Shown one piece after another: positions 1-8,828 of a stretch of 64,000 bases of DNA (its first letter is position 1; every line of letters begins with the position of its first letter). The stretch is from NCBI RefSeq assembly GCF_000737315.1, contig NZ_JMCB01000009.1, forward strand, positions 1 to 64,000, given 5' to 3'. The translations under genes were made by a program, and so were the position numbers. The notes beneath the pieces were generated by a model, which was not told where the DNA came from, did no database searches, and saw only the letters and a list, made by a program, of their open reading frames with translations. Source of the DNA: Hyalangium minutum (GTDB taxonomy: Bacteria > Myxococcota > Myxococcia > Myxococcales > Myxococcaceae).

Positions 1-91
1 CTGCCGTCAGCGACGTCTTCCCGTGGTCCACGTGACCGATGGTCCCGATGTTCACGTGGGGCTTGGACCTGTCGAACTTCTCCTTGGCCAT
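1..91 (-). CDS. tuf: Elongation factor Tu, 5' end (runs off the window)
   Basis: Manual translation of the minus strand from ATG at 91 gives [37 protein letters not shown] upstream; lies directly downstream of fusA. Not in the ORF track because it is truncated. Confidence 0.97.
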   Translation of the reverse strand, partial: MAKEKFDRSKPHVNIGTIGHVDHGKTSLTA

Positions 92-221
92 GACTTCTCC
101 TGGTGGGGCCGGCTCGCGGGCCGGCATTTCTTGAAACCGAATACAGAAGGTGGTGCGTCGTGCTTCAAAGCGACTGAAAGATCAACAGAAATCGGCAGTC
201 TGCCCCCCCTGCGGGGCGCCT

Positions 222-2297
222 TTACGAGTTCTGGGACCTCTTTTGAGCAGGTGCGTAGTGGCTGAACTGCATGGTGTAGGTGGCTCTTCCCTGGCTCTTG
301 CTCCGCAGGTCCGTTGAGTAACCGAACATGGAAGCGAGCGGCACCTGCGCCTGGATGGCCTGCACCCCACCCGGCCGAGGCGTCATCCCCTGGATCTTCC
401 CCTTGCGGCCGTTCAGGTCCCCGATCACGTCCCCCATGAACTCCTCGGGGGTGACGATCTCGCAGTTCATGATGGGCTCCAGCAGCACTGCCTGGGCCTT
501 GTTCACAGCCTCGCGGAAGGCCATGGAGCCGGCGATCTTGAAGGCGATCTCGCTCGAGTCCACGTCGTGCGTGGAGCCGTGGATGGCCTCCACCTTCACG
601 TCCACCATCGGGTAGCCCGCCACCGGACCGTTCTGCATGGACTCGGCGACGCCCTGCTTCGCCGCCTCCACGAACTCCTTGGGCACCAGACCTCCGGTGA
701 TCTTGTTCTCGAACACGAAGCCCTTACCGGGCTCGTTCGGCATCACCCGCAGGTTGATGTGGCCATACTGGCCCTTGCCGCCCGACTGGCGGATGTACTT
801 GCCCTCGGCCTCCGCGGGGATGGTGATCGTCTCGCGATAGGCCACCTGGGGCTTGCCCACGTTGGCGTCGACCTTGAACTCGCGCAGGAGCCGGTCGACG
901 ATGATCTCCAGGTGCAGCTCGCCCATGCCCGCGATGAGCGTCTGCCCCGTCTCCTCGTTCGTCCGCACCTGGAACGAGGGGTCTTCCATCGCCAGCTTCT
1001 GCAGCGACTGGATGATCTTGTCCTGGTCCGCCGTGGACTTCGGCTCGATGGCGATGTCGATCACCGGCTCGGGGAACTCCATCCGCTCCAGGATGATCGG
1101 GTGCTTGTCGTCACAGAGCGTGTCACCCGTGGTCGCCAGCTTCAGGCCCACCACCGCGCAGATGTCGCCGGCGAAGCACTCGGTGATCTCGTCCTTCTTG
1201 TCCGCGCGCATCTGCACCAGGCGGCTGACGCGCTCGCGCTTGCCCTTCACCGAGTTCCACGCCGCCGTGCCCGCCTCCAGCCGCCCCGAGTAGACGCGCA
1301 AGAACGTGAGCGTCTGGGAGCTGAACGTGGGATCGTTCATGATCTTGAACGCCAGCGCGCTGAACGGCGCCTTGTCGTCCGTGGGCCGCTCCTCGTCCTC
1401 GCCCTTGGGGTTCTTGCCGTGCACCGGCGGAATCTCGAGCGGGCTGGGCAGGTAGTCGATCACCGCGTCCAGCAGCGGCTGCACGCCCTTGTGCTTGAAC
1501 GCCGAGCCACAGAACACCGGGAACAGCTTCAGCCCCACGCAGCCCTTGCGGATCGCTCCGCGGATCTCTTCCTCGGTGAGCTCCTTGCCCTCGAGGAACT
1601 TCTCCGTCAGCGCGTCGTCCTGCTCGGCCGCGGCCTCCAGCAGGTGCGCGCGGGCCGCCTCCGCCTTGGCGCGAAACTCCTCGGGGATGTCCACCACGTC
1701 GTAACGGCTGCCCTGCTCCTGGTCCTGGAACACCAGCGCCTTCATCTGCACCAGGTCGATCACGCCCCGGTGCATGTCCTCGGCGCCCAGCGGCAGCTGC
1801 ATCGGCACCGGCCGCGCGCCCAGCTTCTCGCGGATGGTCCCCACGGACATGTCGAAGTCCGCGCCCACCCGGTCCATCTTGTTGATGAAGCAGATGCGCG
1901 GAACCTTGTACTTGTCCGCCTGCCGCCACACCGTCTCGGACTGCGGCTCCACGCCATTCACCGCGTCGAACACCGCGATGGCGCCGTCCAGCACACGCAG
2001 GCTGCGCTCCACCTCGATGGTGAAGTCCACGTGCCCCGGCGTGTCGATGATGTTCACCCGGTACTTCTGGTCCCGGCGCGTCCAGAACGCGGTGATCGCC
2101 GCCGAGGTGATGGTGATCCCGCGCTCCTTCTCCTGCACCATCCAGTCCGTGGTGGTGTTGCCGTCATCCACGTCACCCATCTTGTGGATGGTGCCTGTGT
2201 AGTACAGGATCCGTTCGGTCGTGGTGGTCTTGCCGGCATCGATGTGAGCCATGATGCCGATGTTGCGATAGCGCTCGAGCGGATACTCGCGAGGCAT
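222..2297 (-). CDS. fusA: Elongation factor G
   Basis: [23 protein letters not shown] and NKMD GTPase motifs; str-operon position. Start moved to the ATG of [12 protein letters not shown]. Confidence 0.98.
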   Translation of the reverse strand: MPREYPLERYRNIGIMAHIDAGKTTTTERILYYTGTIHKMGDVDDGNTTTDWMVQEKERGITITSAAITAFWTRRDQKYRVNIIDTPGHVDFTIEVERSLRVLDGAIAVFDAVNGVEPQSETVWRQADKYKVPRICFINKMDRVGADFDMSVGTIREKLGARPVPMQLPLGAEDMHRGVIDLVQMKALVFQDQEQGSRYDVVDIPEEFRAKAEAARAHLLEAAAEQDDALTEKFLEGKELTEEEIRGAIRKGCVGLKLFPVFCGSAFKHKGVQPLLDAVIDYLPSPLEIPPVHGKNPKGEDEERPTDDKAPFSALAFKIMNDPTFSSQTLTFLRVYSGRLEAGTAAWNSVKGKRERVSRLVQMRADKKDEITECFAGDICAVVGLKLATTGDTLCDDKHPIILERMEFPEPVIDIAIEPKSTADQDKIIQSLQKLAMEDPSFQVRTNEETGQTLIAGMGELHLEIIVDRLLREFKVDANVGKPQVAYRETITIPAEAEGKYIRQSGGKGQYGHINLRVMPNEPGKGFVFENKITGGLVPKEFVEAAKQGVAESMQNGPVAGYPMVDVKVEAIHGSTHDVDSSEIAFKIAGSMAFREAVNKAQAVLLEPIMNCEIVTPEEFMGDVIGDLNGRKGKIQGMTPRPGGVQAIQAQVPLASMFGYSTDLRSKSQGRATYTMQFSHYAPAQKRSQNS

Positions 2298-2339
2298 TGC
2301 CAGAGTCCTTCTTCCGAAACGGTGTGTCAGAAAACTGCA

Positions 2340-2371
2340 ACACCCGGATACGCCAAGGCGCATCCGGGTGT
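2340..2371 (-). terminator. Strong intergenic hairpin between rpsG and fusA (possible attenuator or processing site)
   Basis: Minus-strand RNA ACACCCGGAUGCGCC-UU-GGCGUAUCCGGGUGU with one G.U pair, followed 5 nt later by UUUUCU. Function is inferred. Confidence 0.45.
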
Positions 2372-2393
2372 CAGACCGCGAGGCCGGTCAGGC

Positions 2394-2864
2394 CTACCAG
2401 CGGTAGTGCGCGAAGGCCTTGTTCGCCTCCGCCATCTTGTGCGTGTCCTCGCGCTTCTTCACGGCGTTGCCACGGTTGTTGGCGGCATCCATGATCTCGC
2501 CGGCGAGCTTCTCCTGCATGGTCTTCTCACCGCGCGCCTTGGCGTAGGAGATGATCCAGCGCATGCCGAGCGCCACGCGGCGGTCCTGGCGGACCTCGAC
2601 GGGCACCTGGTAGGTGGCGCCACCGACGCGGCGGCTCTTCACCTCAAGCACAGGCTTGACGTTGTCCAGGGCCTTCTTGAACGTCTTGAGGGGATCTTCC
2701 TTCGCGCGCTCCTCGATGAGAGCGAATGCGCCGTAGCACACGCCCTCCGCGATGGACTTCTTCCCCTTGCGCATCAGGTCATTGACGAACTTGGTGACGA
2801 GACGGTCCTGGAACTTCGGATCCGGCAGAATCTTGCGCTTCGCTACTACGCGACGACGAGGCAT
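2394..2864 (-). CDS. rpsG: 30S ribosomal protein S7
   Basis: [18 protein letters not shown]...[19 protein letters not shown]-like segment...[10 protein letters not shown]. Confidence 0.99.
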   Translation of the reverse strand: MPRRRVVAKRKILPDPKFQDRLVTKFVNDLMRKGKKSIAEGVCYGAFALIEERAKEDPLKTFKKALDNVKPVLEVKSRRVGGATYQVPVEVRQDRRVALGMRWIISYAKARGEKTMQEKLAGEIMDAANNRGNAVKKREDTHKMAEANKAFAHYRW

Positions 2865-3003
2865 TGCTTCTTCCCTTACGCCCTACTCCCACAGACGGGA
2901 GCTTCCTGGGCTTCAATAACCGCAGAACACAGCGAAACAAGGCGCGCTCCCCAGGGTGTGGGGCGAGCGTCCTGACTCAACTTCTGGAGGTGATCGAACC
3001 GGC

Positions 3004-3375
3004 TCAGCTCGGGCGCTTGGCGCCGTACTTGGAGCGGCTCTGCTTGCGACCCGCCACGCCGACGGAGTCCAGCGTGCCACGGATGATGTGGTAACGGACG
3101 CCCGGGAGGTCCTTCACGCGGCCTCCGCGGATCATCACCACCGAGTGCTCCTGGAGGTTGTGACCCACGCCCGGGATATAGGACGTCACTTCAATCCCGT
3201 TGGTGAGGCGCACGCGCGCCACCTTGCGAAGGGCCGAGTTCGGCTTCTTCGGCGTGGTGGTGTACACGCGGGTGCAGACGCCACGCTTCTGAGGGGACTC
3301 CTTCAGGGCGGGGCTCTTCCCCTTGACCACTAACTTCTCACGGCCCTTGCGGACCAGCTGGCTAATCGTCGGCAC
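3004..3375 (-). CDS. rpsL: 30S ribosomal protein S12
   Basis: [11 protein letters not shown]...[13 protein letters not shown]...[13 protein letters not shown]; GTG start. Confidence 0.99.
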   Translation of the reverse strand: MPTISQLVRKGREKLVVKGKSPALKESPQKRGVCTRVYTTTPKKPNSALRKVARVRLTNGIEVTSYIPGVGHNLQEHSVVMIRGGRVKDLPGVRYHIIRGTLDSVGVAGRKQSRSKYGAKRPS

Positions 3376-3457
3376 TGACGCTTCCTTCTCTCATGGCCGC
3401 CATCCTGGAGCGGGGCGGCACATATAGACCTACAGCACGGCTAGAAAAAGGGCCGCG

Positions 3458-3485
3458 AGTATAGGAAGGGACCTTCCCATGTCAA
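3458..3485 (-). promoter_or_regulatory. sigma70 (SigA)-type promoter of the str operon
   Basis: Minus strand TTGACA (3485-3480), 16-bp spacer, TATACT (3463-3458), about 80 nt upstream of rpsL. Confidence 0.8.
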
Positions 3486-3579
3486 GCATCGCTTGACTCT
3501 CGGACGGAGGAACCGTCGAGCGGGAGGGGGGCCATTCCTGGAAAAACGCGGTTGGAGCGCTCCTCTACCCCTCGTGCGG

Positions 3580-4074
3580 CTAGAAGTCGAGCACCATGAC
3601 GAGCGCGTCTTCCTTCTCGTCCGCGTAGTAGTTCGGCCGGACGCCGACCGAGCGGAACCCGAACGAGCGGTAGAGGCTGATGGCCGCCTCGTTGCTCCGG
3701 CGCACCTCCAGGGTGGCCAGCGTGCAGCTGCGGTGCTTTCCCCGGGCCAGCAGCTCCTCCATCACCGCCCGGGCCACGCCCCGGCGCCGGTGCTCGGGAG
3801 CCGTGGCCACGTTGAGCACGTGCACCTCGTCCTGGACGATCCAGAAGATGGCCAGGCCCAGCAGTTCCTTGCCTCCATCCGGCTTCGGATCCTCCACCAG
3901 CAGGATGGTGGACCAGTCGTGATCCAGCTCGCGCCGCAGCAGCTCGGGCGACCAGGGGTTCTTGAAGGACGCCTGCTCCAGCGCGATCACCGCCGACATG
4001 TCCTCGTGAGTCATCTGCCGGATCACGAATGGGTATGCGCCCTGCCCCGGGGCATCCTCGCGAAACTGCCTCAT
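3580..4074 (-). CDS. rimI: Ribosomal-protein alanine N-acetyltransferase (GNAT)
   Basis: VHVLNVATAPEHRRRGVAR, LEVRRSNEAAISLY and GVRPNYY motifs; ATGA overlap with the upstream gene. Confidence 0.92.
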   Translation of the reverse strand: MRQFREDAPGQGAYPFVIRQMTHEDMSAVIALEQASFKNPWSPELLRRELDHDWSTILLVEDPKPDGGKELLGLAIFWIVQDEVHVLNVATAPEHRRRGVARAVMEELLARGKHRSCTLATLEVRRSNEAAISLYRSFGFRSVGVRPNYYADEKEDALVMVLDF

Positions 4075-4805
4075 CGCCGCACCTCCCTCGCGAAGGAGGC
4101 CACCCGCCGAACCTGCGCAGTCGCTCGCAGCTCGGCCAGATCCTCCGCGGCGAGCTGGTCGTAGCGTTCCTTCCTCAGTCGATTCTGGAGACGGGCCTTC
4201 ACTGCCGGGTAGCCCTCCGGGTACTCACTGGCGTGCTGCTGGTAATAGCGCAGGACCTCTGCCTCGCTCACCTGCGCCCGCGGCCGGAGCCGGCTGTCGA
4301 GGATGCGCTCGGCCCGGACACGGCGCTCCAGCACCTCCGTCAACAGCTTCAGATCCGCCCCCGCCCGGCTCAGGAAGCGCAAGAAGGCATCCTCGCTCTC
4401 GAAGGTGTCTCGGAACCGGGCCAGCCGAGCCTCCACCTCTTCCTTCTCCGCCGAGAAGGCCTCCAGCCGGTTCGCGCTCAGCACCTGCAGCCGCAGGTTG
4501 ATGGCCAACTCGAGCCCTCCCTTCAGGGCCTCCTCATCGAGCGGCGCGAAGGCCGCCTGCAAGGCGCCCTGCTGGACGAGCGCCACCCGCGTCTCGAACT
4601 CCAGCTCGCTCTGGGTCAGCACCTGCCCCTCGATAACCGCCACCACCTGGTCGATGATGCGCCCCTCGGGCTGCGGAGCGGCCGGAACGAGCGCAGGAGT
4701 GCCCTGTGCCAGCGAGAGAGCAGGCCCCCCCAGGAGCCAGCCCGCCAACCCCAGCACCACCGCTCGACGTGGGCGCGCCCGCACTGGCAGGACCACCTTC
4801 ATCAT
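4071..4805 (-). CDS. Exported protein with a SurA N-terminal-like chaperone domain; no PPIase domain seen
   Basis: Signal-like N-terminus ([19 protein letters not shown]), then [19 protein letters not shown], typical of the SurA_N start; helical remainder. Confidence 0.6.
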   Translation of the reverse strand: MMKVVLPVRARPRRAVVLGLAGWLLGGPALSLAQGTPALVPAAPQPEGRIIDQVVAVIEGQVLTQSELEFETRVALVQQGALQAAFAPLDEEALKGGLELAINLRLQVLSANRLEAFSAEKEEVEARLARFRDTFESEDAFLRFLSRAGADLKLLTEVLERRVRAERILDSRLRPRAQVSEAEVLRYYQQHASEYPEGYPAVKARLQNRLRKERYDQLAAEDLAELRATAQVRRVASFAREVRR

Positions 4806-4906
4806 CGGCGACTTTATACATCACGCCCGGCTGCACGCATCGCGCTGGCGCAGTCCGTTTGGCTGGTTACGTTCTTGCAAAAGGAATTTTCCAGGGCAGG
4901 GCGGCA

Positions 4907-6082
4907 ATGGCGGACGACTACTACCAGATCCTCGAGGTCCCTCGGACAGCGTCCGCGGAGGACATCAAGAAGTCCTTCCGGAAGCTGGCCCGGAAACACC
5001 ACCCCGACGTCAATCCCGGCAACAAGGCCGCCGAGGAGCGGTTCAAGCAGCTCAACACGGCCTTCGAAGTGCTCGGGGACCCCAAGAAGCGAAAGCTCTA
5101 TGACGAGTTCGGCGAAGACGCCGCGAAGATGGGCTTCGATGAGAAGAAGGCCGAGGCGTACCGGGCCTATCGCTCGGCCCGCGCCAGCGGCGGCGGCGGG
5201 GGCGGCATGCCCTTCCCCGGCGGCGGGGGCGGCGTGGACTTCGATATTGGGGACATCCTCGGCGATCTCTTCGGCCGCGCAGGCGGCGCTGGCGGTGCAG
5301 GCTTCGATGTCAACGAGATGTTCGGGCGCCGGGCGAGCGCCCGTGGCCCCGAGCGCGGGGAAGACCTCAACGCGCAGGTGACGGTGTCCCTCGCGGAGGC
5401 CATCACCGGCACCGAGCGCCAGCTCTCCTTCCAGCGGCCTGGACGCTGCCAGCGCTGCAATGGCCGGGGCGAGAGCGGTACCTCCGGTACCTGCCCTACC
5501 TGCAAGGGCACGGGCCGCACGCGCCGAGGCGCGGGGATGCCCTTCGCGGGCGCCTGCCCCACCTGCAACGGCACCGGCCGCGCCTCCGAGCCGTGTCCTC
5601 AGTGCGAGGGCACCGGCGTCACCGAGGAGTCCACGCGCCTCACGGTGAAGATCCCTCCCGGCGTTCAGACGGGCTCCAAGATCCGGGTCGCGGGCCAGGG
5701 TGCGGCAGGAGAGCGCGGTGGCCCTCCGGGAGACCTGTACCTCGAGACCGAGGTGGCCGAGCACCCCCTGGTGCGCCGAGAGGGAGACGACCTCTACATG
5801 GACTTCCCCGTCACCGTCACCGAGGCCATGTTCGGTGCCGAGGTGAAGGTGCCCACCTTCCAGGGCGAGGTCACCCTCAAGATCCCCGCAGGCTCGCAGT
5901 CCGGCCGGAAGATGCGCCTCAAGGGGCGCGGCGCCCCCTCGCTCAAGGGCGGCACCCCGGGGGATATGTACCTCGTGCTCCAGGTGAAAGTCCCCGAATC
6001 GGCCACCCCCGAGGTGAAGTCGGCCGCCGAGGTGCTCGCTCGGGCCTACTCAGGAGACGTCCGGCAGGAGCTGAAGCTCTAG
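4907..6082 (+). CDS. dnaJ: DnaJ (class A) co-chaperone
   Basis: J domain with HPD (KHHPDVN), G/F-rich linker, four CxxCxGxG repeats and C-terminal domain. Start moved to MADDYY. Confidence 0.93.
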   Translation: MADDYYQILEVPRTASAEDIKKSFRKLARKHHPDVNPGNKAAEERFKQLNTAFEVLGDPKKRKLYDEFGEDAAKMGFDEKKAEAYRAYRSARASGGGGGGMPFPGGGGGVDFDIGDILGDLFGRAGGAGGAGFDVNEMFGRRASARGPERGEDLNAQVTVSLAEAITGTERQLSFQRPGRCQRCNGRGESGTSGTCPTCKGTGRTRRGAGMPFAGACPTCNGTGRASEPCPQCEGTGVTEESTRLTVKIPPGVQTGSKIRVAGQGAAGERGGPPGDLYLETEVAEHPLVRREGDDLYMDFPVTVTEAMFGAEVKVPTFQGEVTLKIPAGSQSGRKMRLKGRGAPSLKGGTPGDMYLVLQVKVPESATPEVKSAAEVLARAYSGDVRQELKL

Positions 6083-6187
6083 GCTCCCACCGAACGATGG
6101 AAATGCCCCTTACTTCTTGCCTATTGCCTTACCCGGCGCCTCGTCCTACACGGCGCCTCCACATCTCGATCCTTTTGGAGCACACAC

Positions 6188-6919
6188 ATGGGCCTCTTTG
6201 ATTTCCTCGGTGGTGGCTCGGGCCCCGAGAAAGCCCTCAAGCTCAAGCCCAAGGTGACCCAGAAGTATGGGGATCCTGCCTCGCGTCAGAAGGCCATCCA
6301 GCAGCTCGGGGAGATGAAGTACCCCGAGGCCGCTGGCGTGCTGCTGGCCCGCTTCACCATCACCGTGGAGCCGCTCACCACCGACGCGGATGAGAAGGAG
6401 CACGTCTTCGAGCTCATCAAGGGCTTCGGCAAGGATGCCCTCGCCCCCATCCAGGACTTCCTCCGCAAGAGCGAGCAGGCCACCTCGTGGGCCCTGCGCC
6501 TGCTCGGAGATCTGCTGCCGGAGCCCGAGGTCACCTCCATCTGCGTGGACACGCTCAACCACCTGAGCAACCACTACACGCGCGATCCGGAGAAGAAGGT
6601 CGTCCTGCTCCACCACGTCACCGGCCGCGAGGATGCCCGCATCGCCCCCGCCGTCCTCCCCTTCCTCGAGGACATGTCGGACGATGTGAAGATCGCCGCC
6701 CTCAAGGCGCTGGGGCCCCTCAAGTACGAGCCGGCCCGCGAGCCCCTGCTCAAGCTCCTCATCGCCGATGAAACCGCACGCCGCGTGCAGACGGCCGCAC
6801 TCACCGCGTTGCACGAGAGCGGATTCGGCGTCCAGGGGTTCCGGGAAAAGGTCGAGCCCCTGCTCGTCGAGCCGTATGTGCTCGACAAGAGCGGCGTCGT
6901 CGTCCGGCGTCAGGCCTGA
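6188..6919 (+). CDS. HEAT/ARM-like repeat protein
   Basis: Repeated helical segments such as RQKAIQQLGE, VKIAALKALGPL and VQTAALTAL; coding-like codon usage. Confidence 0.7.
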   Translation: MGLFDFLGGGSGPEKALKLKPKVTQKYGDPASRQKAIQQLGEMKYPEAAGVLLARFTITVEPLTTDADEKEHVFELIKGFGKDALAPIQDFLRKSEQATSWALRLLGDLLPEPEVTSICVDTLNHLSNHYTRDPEKKVVLLHHVTGREDARIAPAVLPFLEDMSDDVKIAALKALGPLKYEPAREPLLKLLIADETARRVQTAALTALHESGFGVQGFREKVEPLLVEPYVLDKSGVVVRRQA

Positions 6920-7009
6920 CCCACCGGCAGGGCAGGTGTCCAGCAGCGGACACCGGCTCTGTCCTTTGGGACGCATCTGCCTTGGAGGGCCGTTTCCCTG
7001 TCGAGTGCC

Positions 7010-8740
7010 ATGCGGGAGGATGGACGGAACGTGCCCTCGACCCACAACAAGAAGAAAGGTCCACGGCTGGCTGAAGTCGTGGCGCTCCGTCCCCATCTCA
7101 AGACGAAGAAGGAGCCGCCCAAGAAGCCCGCCAAGCCCCTTCCTCCCGTGGAGCCCGACGCCGCGGAGAAGGCCCTGCTCGAGATGGTCCGGCAGCTGAC
7201 CACCAGCGCCAGCACCACCGATGTGCTGCGCGCCTACCTGCAGACCCTCTTCAACCTCCTCAAGCCCAAGGTCTGCTACGTCGCCCGCTACTTCCCCGAG
7301 CGACAGAACCTCCACGTCGAGCACGTCCGCGGCCGCTATGACGAGCGCGTCACCGCCGCCATCCCCGATGAGGGCGTGGTGGGCCGCGCCTTCTCGCAGA
7401 ATGCCGTGCTCCGCGAGGACGAGACCGTGGTCGTCCCGCTCGAGAACCCCCAGGGCGTCACCGGGTGCCTGGCCATCATCGGGCCCCGCCGCGAGGCCTC
7501 CGAGTCGCTGCTGCGCACGCTGGCGGGCCAGCTGTCCGCCGCCTACGAGGTGGCGCGCCTGAGGGATGACTCCGCCCGCCGCAACAAGGATCTCCAGACG
7601 GCCATCGCCGGCCTCAAGAGCCTGGAGCAGCACCGCGAGGAGCTGCTCGGCAACGTCTCGCACGACCTGAAGAACCCGCTCACCACCATCAAGGCCTACA
7701 TGGCCATGGTGGGCCGAGAGAAGCTGGGCCCTCTCACTGACGCCCAGCGCAAGGCCCTGCAGACGTGCGACCGGAACGCGGACCGCATGCTGCGCATGGT
7801 GAACGACTTGCTGCTCATGTCCCGGCTCCAGTCCGGGAAGATGCAGCTCAACCAGCGCCCCTTCGGCATCAAGGCCGTGGCCGAGGAGGTGCTGCGCAAC
7901 CTGGCCGCGCTCGCCGAGCACAGCAAGGTCCGCCTCCACGTCCCGCCCTGCACCGAGGTCTTCATTCGCGGCGATCGCGAGCGCATCGCCGAGGCCATCC
8001 ACAACCTCGTGGAGAACGGCATCCACCAGAGCGACGAGGGCGGCACCGTCGAGGTCCGCGTCTCCGCCGAGGACGGGCTCGCCGCGCTCTCCGTGAAGGA
8101 CAGCGGCCCGGGCCTCTCTCAAGAGGACCTGGAGAACATCTTCGATCCGTTCTACCGCGCCCGCTCGGGCCCGGCCCGCCCCGTGGGAGGCCGCCTGGGC
8201 CTGCCTCTGGTGTCCAAGATCCTCGCGCTCCACGGCGGGCGCGTGGATGCCACCAGCACCCTTGGTGAGGGCTCCACCTTCCAGATGGTGCTCCCCATGT
8301 TCGCCGGGGCCGTCAGCACGCCGGACGTGAACCAGGCCGCGCCTCGCGCCGGTGGCATCCTCCTCGTGGAGGATGACGCGGACTGCCGTGAGGTGCTCCA
8401 GCAGGTGCTCGAGCAGGAGGGCTACCGGGTCATGTCCACCTCGGGCGCCGCCGAGGCCCGCTCCGTCCTCTCGCACATCCGCCCGGCCATGGTGCTGTTG
8501 GATCTCCGCCTGAGCCAGGAGGATGGACGCTCGGTGCTGCACTACATCCGCTCCACCGAGTCCCTGGCGGACATCGTCGTCTACATCATCTCCGGCGCCA
8601 GCGAGGTGGCCTCGCTCTCCGCAGGCCAGGGTGTGGACCGGATCGACGGGTTCTTCGAGAAGCCACTCCAGCTCCCTCGGGTGCTGGACACCGTGGCGTC
8701 CGTGGTCCGGCCCAGCCGCCGCAACCCGGCCCCGTCCTGA
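7010..8740 (+). CDS. Hybrid sensor histidine kinase (GAF-like input, HisKA, HATPase, C-terminal receiver)
   Basis: H-box VSHDLKNPL, N-box NLVENG, G1 DSGPGL, F-box IFDPFY; receiver ILLVEDD...VLLDL...FEKP. No transmembrane segment seen. Confidence 0.92.
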   Translation: MREDGRNVPSTHNKKKGPRLAEVVALRPHLKTKKEPPKKPAKPLPPVEPDAAEKALLEMVRQLTTSASTTDVLRAYLQTLFNLLKPKVCYVARYFPERQNLHVEHVRGRYDERVTAAIPDEGVVGRAFSQNAVLREDETVVVPLENPQGVTGCLAIIGPRREASESLLRTLAGQLSAAYEVARLRDDSARRNKDLQTAIAGLKSLEQHREELLGNVSHDLKNPLTTIKAYMAMVGREKLGPLTDAQRKALQTCDRNADRMLRMVNDLLLMSRLQSGKMQLNQRPFGIKAVAEEVLRNLAALAEHSKVRLHVPPCTEVFIRGDRERIAEAIHNLVENGIHQSDEGGTVEVRVSAEDGLAALSVKDSGPGLSQEDLENIFDPFYRARSGPARPVGGRLGLPLVSKILALHGGRVDATSTLGEGSTFQMVLPMFAGAVSTPDVNQAAPRAGGILLVEDDADCREVLQQVLEQEGYRVMSTSGAAEARSVLSHIRPAMVLLDLRLSQEDGRSVLHYIRSTESLADIVVYIISGASEVASLSAGQGVDRIDGFFEKPLQLPRVLDTVASVVRPSRRNPAPS

Positions 8741-8828
8741 GGCCGGGTACGACGAAAGAGGCTGGAAAGGCCCGGTCCTTCGCTAGTATCCGCCCGGCTC
8801 AGCAGCACTTCCGCCGGAGGAAGCCAAC

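Noticed and set aside
92-221. tRNA or other ncRNA in the fusA-tuf spacer
   Set aside because: No cloverleaf, T-loop (GTTCRA) or CCA pattern on either strand.
567-2975. 802-aa plus-strand ORF, and similar long antisense or alternate-frame ORFs (6146..8542, 8799..11195, 12698..14515, 40113..43172, 48020..50014, 50092..52179, 60480..62177)
   Set aside because: They mirror well-supported genes on the opposite strand, carry no motifs and show the R/A/G/H-rich composition expected of shadow frames in high-GC DNA.
5446-5615. Cys-rich motifs in DnaJ as additional heme sites
   Set aside because: They are CxxCxGxG zinc-finger repeats without the following His, in a cytoplasmic protein.
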